A DNA stretch of 61,433 nt, the filler included, from Callorhinchus milii (taxonomy: Eukaryota): assembly GCF_018977255.1 (NCBI RefSeq). It is 2 parts of 2 records of this genome, joined end to end, with 100 filler letters (N's around TTAATTAATTAA, not from the genome) between each part and the next. Parts side by side here need not be neighbours in the genome. Positions count along the whole stretch, not along the records: positions 1 to 30,673 come from NW_024705627.1; positions 30,774 to 61,433 come from NW_024705628.1. One strand, given 5' to 3'. Made by a program: the position numbers and the translations under genes. This document shows, piece after piece, positions 28,483 to 39,461 of the stretch (positions are counted from its first letter, which is position 1; each line of letters opens with the position of its first letter). The notes under the pieces are model-generated. The model made no database searches. It worked only from the letters and a program-made list of their open reading frames with translations, and was not told where the DNA came from.

Positions 28483-30673
28483 AGAAACACAACCTTGCGC
28501 AAACACTCCATTGCTCAAAACACTGCCTTGCGGAAACACACCGTGCAAAAAAACAGCGTGCACAAACACAGCGTTGCAGAAACAAAGCCTTCGCAAACAC
28601 AACCTTCCGCAAACACAACCTTGCGCAAACAGACCTTTGCGCAAACACAGCCTGGCGCAAACACACCTTTGCGCAAATAATGCTGCGCAAACACACCTTT
28701 GCGCAAACACTCGTGAGCAAACACAACCGTGAGCAAACACTGCCGTGCGCAAACACCGCCGTGCGCAAACACCGCCCTGAGCAAACAACGCGTGCGCAAA
28801 CAACGCCGTGCGCAAACACCTCCATGCGCAAAAACCGCCGTGCGCAAACACCGCCGTGCGCAAACACCGCCTTGCGCAAACACCGCCCGTGCGCAAAACA
28901 CCGCCGTGCGCAAACACCGCCGTGCGCAAAACACGCCGTGCGCAAACACCACAGTGCGTAAACACCGCCGTGCGCAAACACAGCCGTGCGCAAACACCCG
29001 CCGGCCAAACACTGCCGTGCGCAATCAATACCTTGTGCAAACAATCCCTTGCGCAAACAATCATCCCTTGCGCAAACACAATCTTGCGCAAACACAAGCT
29101 TGCGCAAACACACAAGCTTGCGCAAACACTGCCTTCCGCAAACACTCCATTGCTCAAACACTGCCTTGCGCAAACACACCGTGCAAAAAAACAGCGTGCA
29201 CAAACACAAGGCGCAAACAAAGCTTGCGCAAACACATCTTGCGCAAACAATGCTCTGCGCAAAAGACAACTTTGCGCAAACACAACTTTGCGCAAACACT
29301 GCCTGGCGCAAACACTGCCTGGCGCAAACACTGCCTGGCGCAAACACTGCCTGGCGCAAACACTGCTGGCGCAAACACTGCTGGCGCAAACACAGCCTGG
29401 CGCAAACACACCTATGCGCAAACACAACCTTGCGCAAACACAACCTTGCGCAAACACTGCCTGGCGCAAACACTGCCTGGCGCAACACTGCCTGGCGCAA
29501 ACACTGCCTGGTGCAAACACTGCCTGGCGCAATCACATCCTTGCTCAAACAACTGCCTTGCTCAAACTGCCTTGCGCAAACACTGCTTGCGCAAAACACA
29601 CCGTGCGGCAAACACTGCCGTGCGCAAACACTGCCGTGCGCAAACAATGCACTTGCCGCAAACAATCACTTGCGCAAACATTCCCTGGCCTAAACAATCC
29701 TTGCGCAAAACACAATCTTGCGCAAACACAACCTTGCGCAAACACTCAATTGCTCAAACACTGCCTTGCGCAAACACACCGTGCAAAAAAACAGCGTGCA
29801 CACACAGCGTTGCACAAACAAAGCCTTGCGCAAACACACCTTTGCGCAAACAATGCCCTGCGCAAAGACAACTTTGCGCGCAAACACAACCCTGCGCAAA
29901 CACAACCTTGCGCAAACACTGCCTGGCGCAAAACACTGCCTGGCGCAAACACTGCCTGGCGCAAACACTGCCTGGCGCAAACACAGCCTGGCGCAAACAC
30001 AGCCTTGCGCAAACACAAGATTGCGCAAACACAAGCTTGCGCAAACACAAGCATGCGCAAACACAACGCTGCGCAAACACAAGCTTCGACAAACACAAGC
30101 TTGCGCAAACACAAATTGGGCAAACACTGCCTGGTGCAAACAGTGCCTAGCGCAAACACAGCCTTGTCAAACACAGCCTGAGCAAACACAGCCTGCGCAA
30201 ACACAGCCTTGCGCAAACACACCATTGCGCAAACAATGCCCTGTGCAAACACACCTTTGCGCAAACACTCGTGAGCAAATACAACCTTGAGCAAACACAC
30301 CTTTGCGCAAACACTGCCGTGCGCAAACACCGCCGTGCGCAAACACCGCCCTGCGCAAACACCACGCGCAAACACTCCGTGAGCAAACACAACCTTGAGC
30401 AAACACTGCCCGTGCGCAAACACCGCCGTGCGCAAACACTGCCCTGCGCAAACAACGCCGTGCGCAAACAACGCCGTGCGCAACAACTCCGTGCGCGAAC
30501 ACCTCCGTGCGCAAATACCGCAGTGCGCAAACACCGCCGTGCGCAAACACCGCTGTGCGCAAACACCGCTGTGCGCAAACACCGCCGTGCGCAAACACAG
30601 CCGTGCGCAACACACCGCCGTGCGCAAACACCGCCGTGCGCAAACACTGCCGTGCGCAATCAAATCCCTTGCG

Positions 30674-30773
30674 NNNNNNNNNNNNNNNNNNNNNNNNNNN
30701 NNNNNNNNNNNNNNNNNTTAATTAATTAANNNNNNNNNNNNNNNNNNNNNNNNNNNNNNNNNNNNNNNNNNNN
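30674..30773. other. Assembly gap with artificial six-frame-stop linker
   Basis: 44 N + TTAATTAATTAA (30718-30729) + 44 N = 100 bp. Confidence 0.97.
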
Positions 30774-31227
30774 AGGGCATTGGGGCAGCAGGACAGCGGA
30801 GCAGCTTGGCAGAGGGGCAGTGGGGCAGTTAGGGGGCGGATGTGTCAGACGAATCGCCTGATTATCTTTTCCCACCACTGCCTGTACACGTTCTGAAGAA
30901 GGCCATTGCCTGAAACTTCTCTCATGACATAGTTGTCATTGTACCGCCGCACACACAGCCGGGACACTGCACACGAGCCAAGGCACATTTAACAAACCCA
31001 GGCAGCACTCACAAGCAATGCAAAGTTACATTGTTTCCTCATAAGTTCATGTCATGACGTTAATAATAAAAACAACAATGATAAGTATTACATAATACAT
31101 TGGATTGATCCTATCTCTGAACAGAGTTAGTCTGTTGGCAGCAGTCATTGTCCAGTCCAGTCCTGGCATCTGCTGCTCAGTTTCCTTCCCCGGCTGCGGT
31201 CCCAGTGGCACCGTCTTTCCGGGGAAC

Positions 31228-31458
31228 CGTGTGGTGTGTGTGGTGTGGTGTGGTGTGAGTGGTGTGTGTGGTGTGTGTGGTGTGTGTAGTGTGAGTGGTA
31301 TGAGGGGTGTGAGTGGGTGTGTGTGTGGTGGTGCGGTGTGTGCGGTGTGTCGGTGTGTGTGGTGTGTGTGGTGTGAGTGGTGTGTGTGGTGTGTGTGGTG
31401 TGAGTGGTGTGTGTGGTGTGTGTGGTGTGAGTGGGGTGTGTGGTGTGTGTGGTGTGTA
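31228..31458. repeat. GT/GGT-rich simple repeat
   Basis: Iterations of gtgtgtgtg/gtgtgagtg. Confidence 0.9.
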
Positions 31459-31651
31459 TCACGGGGTGGGTGGGTAGATGGTGTGGTGCATGTGGTGATA
31501 GCGGTCATGGTAAGCACCGCACCACCTCCATCACCCCAACTGTGCGGTCGACCGGTCGCAACAAAACAGCATCATGCTGCGGAGGAGCGCATGGATCGCG
31601 TTCGCCACACGAGCCAGGCCCTTTCGTTCCCGCACTACCACCTCCTCCTGC

Positions 31652-32326
31652 GTGTAGGTGTGAGTAAGGGTATAGAGGTGTGTGTAGGTGTTTAGGTGTA
31701 TAGAGGTGTGTAAGTGTATAGAGGTGTGTGTGTAGGTGTGTGTACGTGTATAGAGGTGTGTGTGTAGGTGTTTAGGTGTATAGAGGTGTGTGTGTAAGTG
31801 TATAGAGGTGTGTGTGTGGGTGTGTGTACGTGTATAGAGGTGTGTGTGTAGGTGTGAGTAAGGGTATAGAGGTGTGTGTGTGGGTGTTTAGGTGTAGAGG
31901 TGTGTGTGTAAGTGTATAGAGGTGTGTGTGTAAGTGTATAGAGGTGTGTGTGTAGGTGTGTGTAAGTGTATAGAGGTGTGTGTGTAGGTGTGTGTACGTG
32001 TATAGAGGTGTGTGTAGGTGTTTAGGTATATAGAGGTGTGTGTGTAGGTGTTTAGGTGTATAGAGGTGTGTGTAGGTGTAAGTGTATAGAGGTGTGTGTC
32101 AGTGTGTGTGAGTGTATAGAGGTGTGTGTAGGTGTGTGTGAGTGTATAGAGGTGTGTGTAGGTGTGTGTGAGTGTATAGAGGTGTGTGTATAGAGGTGTG
32201 TGTGTAGATGTGTGTAAGTGTCTAGAGGTGTGTGTGTAGGTGTGTGTGAGTGTATAGAAGTGTGTGTGTGTAGGTGTGTGTGAGTGTATAGAGGTGTGTG
32301 TGTGTAAGTGTATATAGGTGTGTGTG
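31652..32326. repeat. GT-rich minisatellite (gtgtatagaggtgtgtgtgtag-type); resumes at 34136-34192 and 34494-34560
   Basis: Repeated gtgtatagagg core with variable (gt)n. The same repeat is present on both sides of the LINE and SINE insertions. Confidence 0.92.
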
Positions 32327-34135
32327 AGGTCCTGGGGGAGGGAAAATCTCTCAGCCAGGAAAACATCATGGCACAAAGTGGGGATAACCCTGCTGAGGCT
32401 GCGGTGCCTCAAATATTGGAGGAGGTCACCCCCTGTGAGTGGCTGGCTGAGGTGCCATCTGTTGAGGAAGTACTGAAGGCGATCCGGAGTCTGAGACCAG
32501 GAAAGGCACCGGGCAGAGATGATCTCCCAAGCGAAATGCTGAGGGAGGGTGGCGCTTGTGCACAGACTGCCCTATATGACATCATAACAACAGTCTGGAC
32601 CGCTGGACGGGTACCGCAGGATTGGAAGGATGCCTTGCTCGGCACGCTGAGGAGAGGCTTGCAGAACTCCAATGCGGTTTCAGGAAAGGGCGGTCCTGTA
32701 CAGATGCCATATTTTCTGTCTGTCTGCTACAGCAGAGGTGTAGGGAATTCCAACAAGACCTTCATCTCTGCTTTATTGACCTGGTCAAGGCCTATGATAC
32801 CATCAGTAGGCCTGGGCTCTGGGTTGTTCTTCGTGCTTTCGGAGTCCCTGACCCTCTGTTCACGATCATTAAGGACCTTCATGATGGTGAGCGGGCCCGG
32901 GTAAAACTACGTGGCCGGGAATCAGAGCCTTCCCCTGTACACCTTGTGGTGCGACAGGGATGTCCTCAGGCTCCCACATTATTTAACATCTATTTCGACT
33001 GCGTAGTTCGTGAAGCCTTCAATAGCTGTACCGGGGGAATTTCCATTTGGTACAGATATAATGGGAGGCTGATCGACCACGTTATGTATGCCGATGATTT
33101 GGTAATAGCTGCTCATTCAGAAGAGGAGTTGGAGACGCTGCTGCTGAAACTGGAGCGTGCCACTAAGAGGTGGGGCCTTACCATCAGCCCCACCAAAACT
33201 AAGCACCTGCCTGGGTATTTTGTACCATCAGACACTCCACCCCCACAACTCCCAATCGGTGATGGGGCAGTTGTGGAGAGAGTGGAGAGTTTCCCATACC
33301 TGGGCAGTGTGCTTATGACCGGCTCCAGTTTATCAGCAGAGGTCTCACTCCGAATCAGTCGAGCGGCATTATCTTTTCATCGGTTGCGTAACGCTGTGTG
33401 GAAGCTACCTCCGCACGAAGCTTCAGGTCTTCTCGGCCACGGTCATTCCCTCCCTTCTCTACGCTTGCGAAACGTGGACCCCCCTAATGGAGCAACTTCG
33501 TCGGTTGGAAACATTTAGGCTGGCCTGCCTACGATCCATCCTGGGTTTAACCAGGCTGGATTGTGTAAGGAGCTCACAAATCCTTGAAAGATCTGGGCAA
33601 AGTCCCATCGGTGAGCTCCTCCGGCAGGCAAGGCTGCGTTGGCTGGGTCATGTAGCACGCATGCCCAGCTACCGCATGCCTAAAATCGAGGGGGCTAAAC
33701 GGGCGCGGCGCGGGCTAGAGAAGAGATGGAGTGATGTGGTACAGGAGGACGTGGAGCTGAGTGGACTTGCCGATGACTGGTACCAGCAGTGTCAAGATCG
33801 GCCTCAGTGGAGGAGGCTCGTGAAGGACGCTACTGGGCAGTTGGAGGCAGTCGCCCTCCAACAACAACGGAGGGCTGAGGAGCGACGTTCACAACAACGA
33901 GCGGAGCGCCGGGTGGCTAAAGCACAGCAAGTTGGTACGGTAGGGGGCCACAGGTGGTGCATCAGCCAGTCATCTCGGTCATCTCGGTCAGTCGACCCGT
34001 GGCACCTGCTGGGTCTGCCCGTGACCTCCTGCCAGCGGGCGTTCGACACTTCACGTGGCCTCAAGGTGCACTTGGCCTGGCACAAGCGTCGTGGTGACGT
34101 CACCGCCACTTAGTGGCGAATGGCGGTTGTTGTTG
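32327..34135 (+). mobile_element. 5'-truncated, defective RTE-clade LINE (reverse transcriptase, C-terminal zinc-finger-like remnant)
   Basis: Motifs GKAPGRDDLPSEML, QCGFRKGRSCTD, DLVKAYD, VRQGC..PTLFNIY, YADD, FPYLGS and RLRWLGHVARM are spread over three frames. Apparent internal deletion and frameshift at ~32640, frameshift at ~33405. Short (GTT)n tail. Candidate TSD tataggtgtgtgtg at 32313-32326 and 34136-34149. Confidence 0.92.
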
Positions 34136-34192
34136 TATAGGTGTGTGTGTGTAGGTGTGTAAGTGTGTAGAGGTGTGTGCGTGTAGGTGTGT

Positions 34193-34493
34193 GGGGAGCG
34201 GTAGTGTAGCAGTTAGCGCGCTGCGCTATGAACCTGGCGACCCGGGTTCGATTCCCACTCACGGCTAACACCAGTGACGATTATCTGAACCGGTCCTGGG
34301 CCTCCCCTAGGTCGACTCAGCCTTAAATGAGTACCTGGTGCGGTGTGTAAACATCGCCACTGGGGAGACAAAGGCGGTCGGGCGTGGTGCTGGCCACCCA
34401 CCCCTCGTGTACCGTTCCGGCCTTCATAGGTGCTCGCTAACAGCACTTGCCTCTACAGTCTGTTAAGGCTATACGGGGGATCTTTGTCTTTGT
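34193..34493 (+). mobile_element. tRNA-derived SINE (second family)
   Basis: A-box-like TAGTGTAGCAGTTAGC, B box GGTTCGATTCC, central GTCGACTCAGCCTT-AAATGAGTACC block typical of widespread SINE central domains, short (TCTTTG)n tail. Confidence 0.85.
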
Positions 34494-35231
34494 AAGTGTG
34501 TAGGTGTGTGTGAGTGTATAGAGGTGTATAGAGGTGTGGTGTGTGTAAGTGTACGGAGGTGTTCGGGTGAGTAACCCTGGCAGCGCAACGCTGCTGGCGT
34601 CTCGTGCTGCCGCCTGTACCGCGCCTTGTCCACCAGAGGGCATCGCCTACCTACGGGTTGTGTGGCGTCAGGGTGAGAAGTGGAGGGTGGGGGAGGGGTC
34701 CGGGGGTGGGGGGGGCTGCTGCTGCAGCGCTCAGCAAGGGGTCGTGCTTGGTGCACCACTGCCAATTCTTTATTGCATCGATCTATCTCATTCTTTGTCT
34801 CTGCTTCTATTTCTTTGCGCCCGAGTATGCACCGCTACTTGTGGTACCCTATCTGTACTCATTGGAGAGCCACGTCCAAACCACTAAATCTTCTTGTTTC
34901 TTGTGTGAAGCCCTCTCCAATATTTTATTTTATTTCTGCAAAAGGGCTGCTGCCATGACTGTGGGATGGTTGTCACGATTGACTTCAAATGTCGCGGTTC
35001 GATCTCCCAGCCTGGCCTTGAAAACATTGACCAGGATTCTTACAATTCCCTGTTTTGTCCACCCACAGTCCATCGGTGGGTCGCGTGCAGTGGGCTAAAT
35101 GGCGAGTACTCCCACCTCGTTCAAGACGAATGGTCAGTGTGGAAAAGTTGGCCAAAACATACCCACCGGATCGGCACTCTAGACCTCCCTCTAGTGGAGG
35201 TTCTTTCACCAGCAGTTGCATGAGCAAGTAA

Positions 35232-36258
<1,027 letters not shown>

Positions 36259-36480
36259 TATACACAAGAAATGCTGTTCTACACATAACGGCCATGCCAC
36301 GTTTCAGTTCAAAGTAACGCTGCAGTACGTGCACAGGCTATGCTCCTTTACACATACTCTGTATTATACGGCACACACTTTCATGGTGCTGTCTTCACGG
36401 TATATGATGCGTTACACGTAGGCCATGCTGTATTATAAACTCCGTTCAAAGTATCAGTTTATACGTAGCCAATGCCACTG

Positions 36481-36690
36481 TACAAAGACAAAGATCCCCC
36501 CTCATAGCCTTAACAAATTTTTGAGGCAAGTGGTGTTAGTGAGGACCTACAGAGGACGGGCACAGTACACAGGGGAGTGGGTAGCCAACACCACGCATTT
36601 GTCTCCCTCGTGGTGATGTGTACCCACTGTATCAGGTACTCATTTGAGGTTGAGTCGATCAAGGGGAGGCCCAGGACCGGTTCAGATATT
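36481..36690 (-). mobile_element. Diverged, 5'-truncated copy of the 34193-34493 SINE
   Basis: Reverse complement of the tail (acaaagacaaagatcccc..atagccttaaca) and core (ggtactcattt..gagtcga..ggggaggcccaggaccggttcagata). Confidence 0.82.
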
Positions 36691-36761
36691 TCCCACTGTT
36701 ATACCGGTAGGAACAACAGATTCCACACTGCCCACCAGGGATTATTTGTCTGTCGTGCATG

Positions 36762-36905
36762 AGGAGGGGAGGGTGGGGGTGGGAGGGGTGGGGCTGGGTG
36801 GAGATGGGAGGGTGGGGAGGGGCTGAGGGAGGGGAGGGTGGGGAGGGGCTGGGGGAGGAGGGGAGGGGCTGGGTGGGGGGTGGGGCTGGGTGGGGAGGGG
36901 CTGGT
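36762..36905 (+). repeat. G-run-rich low-complexity tract (G-quadruplex potential)
   Basis: Many G3-G6 runs separated by 1-4 nt. Confidence 0.8.
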
Positions 36906-36987
36906 CACCCCGTGGTGCCCTTATAAAACTCAACGTTTAACCTACACACTACACTATACACGACACGATACACTACACTTATACAAG

Positions 36988-37539
36988 TGTAGTGAGTTCT
37001 CAGGGAGACAGACGACGTAGTTGAGGCACACTCTTTTATTTAACCAAAAGGCGGTAACAATACTTGAAGGGGTAATGGCCCCTTCACCCGTACTCAATGG
37101 GAAACACCCCTAGCACTATCCCCTGACTTCTCCTATTCCCAGTCCTCCGCTATGAGTGCTAGGGGAGGCTATCTGATCCGGCCCTGGTCAAGCACGGATC
37201 CCGGCACCCAGCTAACCAGGCCGTGCTCTTACAAGAGCAGCGGTCCTGGAGCTCTTGGGGCCGCGCCACTTGCCCTGCTCGGCCCTGACAAGGACAGCGA
37301 GCCAGGGGAGTTCCAGGGCCTATTCTGCCGGTCTTCAGTCTTCTCTGGTAAGCGTCTAACACACTGGCCTCGAGCCCTCTGGCTCCCCGCCTTTTATAAG
37401 AATCCTCTCCGAGGGGTGGGGCTATGGGGGATCACAACGCCCCCATGCCCCCCCAGGGTTAACCGATGCGGACGTGGATGTAGACACCCGTGTGTGGGTC
37501 CAGACACCCTTGTGTTTGTCCGCCTTTCTTCCCGTAACA
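36988..37539 (-). mobile_element. Solo LTR, inverted; 3' end related to the 35711-36258 LTR
   Basis: TGT..ACA termini; minus-strand TATAAAA (37392-37398) and AATAAA (37035-37040). Minus-strand end ..ctacgtcgtctgtctccctgagaactcactaca resembles ..ctacgtctccagtctccgtgggaacccactaca. Confidence 0.68.
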
Positions 37540-38201
37540 ACCCCTAAATTTGTATTTAGTGTTGAAAAACTGGCAGGATTTTACGTACTTTGTGCTTATA
37601 TGCTCAGTTATTTTGTGACTTCCTTACATTTTTACACTTTGCACTCATTTTCTTTTGTTTGTTGTTGTAACTTGCTGACCCTGTGCCTCGACTGCATATC
37701 TGTGAAAGAAGAGCTTCATAGCTTATCGGATTCCTCTTCATCCAGTCTAAATAATTTATTCTGATTTTGGAAACCAATGCAGGATAAAACGGGGGGGGGG
37801 GTAGAACACACTCCACATTCTACACGGAGAAAGTGGCCCAAGTTTGGGCATAAACCCAGGTCCCTCTGTGAGTTCCAGCCCTGCCGCCTGCAAACGAACA
37901 CATGTACAGTTCAAACCCCACGTGTACATTCGGTTATATACGGATGTATTTTTATAATTGGTTTCTGGGTGAGGACAAATAATGAAGCAGCCATATCTTT
38001 GCCATGTAGCCTTTCATCCAGTGTGATATCTTAAGACTAATGCCCATTTTGTAACCAGACCCACGATGGGCAAAGGTATGCTGCGTTACTGCAGCATCGT
38101 TATTAACCTGGTTAATCTATCTCTGCACGATGGTGGGGGGGGGGAGTGCGATCTCTGCTGTAGCAGGAAGTTGGAACGGTGTCGTGCGCATCTTTTTACA
38201 G

Positions 38202-39293
38202 AGCGGAGCCGGCGCTGCCCCCATCCTCCGCGCTCACCCAGGCCTCTAAATGGCTGACGGTTGTTGTGGAGGAAGAGGAGACTCTGGTGGAGGAGCTGTT
38301 GGTGCAGGAGGAGGAGACCCTGGTGGAGGAGCTGGTGGTGCAGGAGGAGGAGACCCTGGTGGAGGAGCTGTTGGTGCAGGAGGAGGAGACCCTGGTGGAG
38401 GAGCTGTTGGTGCAGGAGGAGGAGACCCTGGTGGAGGAGCTGTTGGTGCAGGAGGAGGAGACCCTGGTGGAAGAACTGGTGGTGCAGGAGGAGGAGACCC
38501 TGGTGGAGGAGCTGGTGGTGCAGGAGGAGGAGACCCTGGTGGAGGAGCTGGTGGTGCAGGAGGAGGAGACCCTGGTGGAGGAGCTGTTGGTGCAGGAGGA
38601 GGAGACCCTGGTGGAGGAGCTGTTGGTGCAGGAGGAGGAGACCCTGGTGGAGGAGCTGGTGGTGCAGGAGGAGGAGATCCTGGTGGAGGAGCTGGTGGTG
38701 CAGGAGGAGGAGACCCTGGTGGAAGAGCTGGTGGTGCAGGAGGAGGAGACCCTGGTGGAAGAGCTGGTGGTGCAGGAGGAGGAGACTCCGGTGGAGGAGC
38801 TGTTGGTGCAGGAGGAGACCCTGGTGGAGGAGCTGGTGGTGCAGGAGGAGGAGACCCTGGTGGAGGAGCTGGTGGTGCAGGAGGAGGAGACCCTGGTGGA
38901 GGAGCTGGTGGTGCAGGAGGAGGAGACCCTGGTGGAGGAGCTGGTGGTGCAGGAGGAGGAGACCCTGGTGGAGGAGCTGGTGGTGCAGGAGGAGGAGACC
39001 CTGGTGGAGGAGCTGGTGGTGCAGGAGGAGGAGACCCTGGTGGAGGAGCTGGTGGTGCAGGAAGAAGAGATGAGGGGGGAGACAGAGGAGGTATGGACGA
39101 AGGAGCAGGAGGAGGAGATGGTGGTGCAGATGGAGGAGACATTGGTGGAGAAGGAGATGACAAGGAAAGAGGATCAGGTGATGTGATGCAGGAGGAGAAG
39201 AGGAAGCGAGGGAGTCTGGCCCGCATAGGGAGAACCATCCGTTCACTCCTCCGACGCATGCTGCTGTGTGGTGGCCGGTCCACCACACAGTAG
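38202..39293 (+). pseudogene. Putative terminal exon encoding a Glu-rich 12-aa-repeat protein with basic C-terminus, interrupted by a 5-bp duplication
   Basis: Acceptor-like tttttacag at 38193-38201. Frame is open through 22 EEETLVEEL(L/V)VQ repeats and an acidic flank. TGATG is duplicated at 39179-39188; removing one copy joins ..KEDQVM to QEEKRKRGSLARIGRTIRSLLRRMLLCGGRSTTQ*. Confidence 0.5.
38272..39060 (+). repeat. 36-bp minisatellite, 22 units (21 x 36 bp + 1 x 33 bp)
   Basis: Unit gaggaggagaccctggtggaggagctg(g/t)tggtgcag. Confidence 0.97.
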
Positions 39294-39461
39294 AGGTGGT
39301 GGTGGTGGTCACGGATCGTTGTGAACCACAACCACTACCACCATACCCACCACACACACCCTGCACCCATTCACCCCCCTGTGATACCCACCACCCAACG
39401 CACACCACACACACATTGCACCCACCCACCCCATGATCCCACCCCCACCACATTCCACACA

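Larger units (their letters stand above)
1..30673. repeat. 16-bp tandem satellite (GCGCAAACA + variable 6-7 nt), roughly 1,800 monomers, with kb-scale higher-order repeats
   Basis: Monomers such as gcgcaaaca-ctgcctt, -ctgcctg, -caacctt, -atccctt, -ccgccgt, -cagcctt, -caccttt and -atgccct run continuously from base 1 to the gap, all in one orientation. Rare variants recur at fixed offsets (cgcgtccttgagc at ~4307 and ~5181; gcataactcaaac at ~15111 and ~20093). Confidence 0.99.

Noticed and set aside
1..30673. Hundreds of long Cys/Ala/Gln/His-rich ORFs (up to 1270 aa) on both strands
   Set aside because: A 16-bp monomer lacking stop codons yields the same 16-aa motif in every frame. Frequent 15- and 17-bp monomers shift frames freely, and there are no gene signals.
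1..30673. CRISPR-like constant/variable alternation
   Set aside because: Variable parts are only 6-7 nt and are reused hundreds of times; no cas genes; eukaryotic context.
30718..30729. TTAATTAATTAA palindrome as a biological site
   Set aside because: It is centred between two 44-N runs; a standard artificial contig linker with stops in six frames.
31047..32412. His/Thr-rich and Cys/Val/Trp-rich ORFs
   Set aside because: Translations of GT-rich simple repeats.
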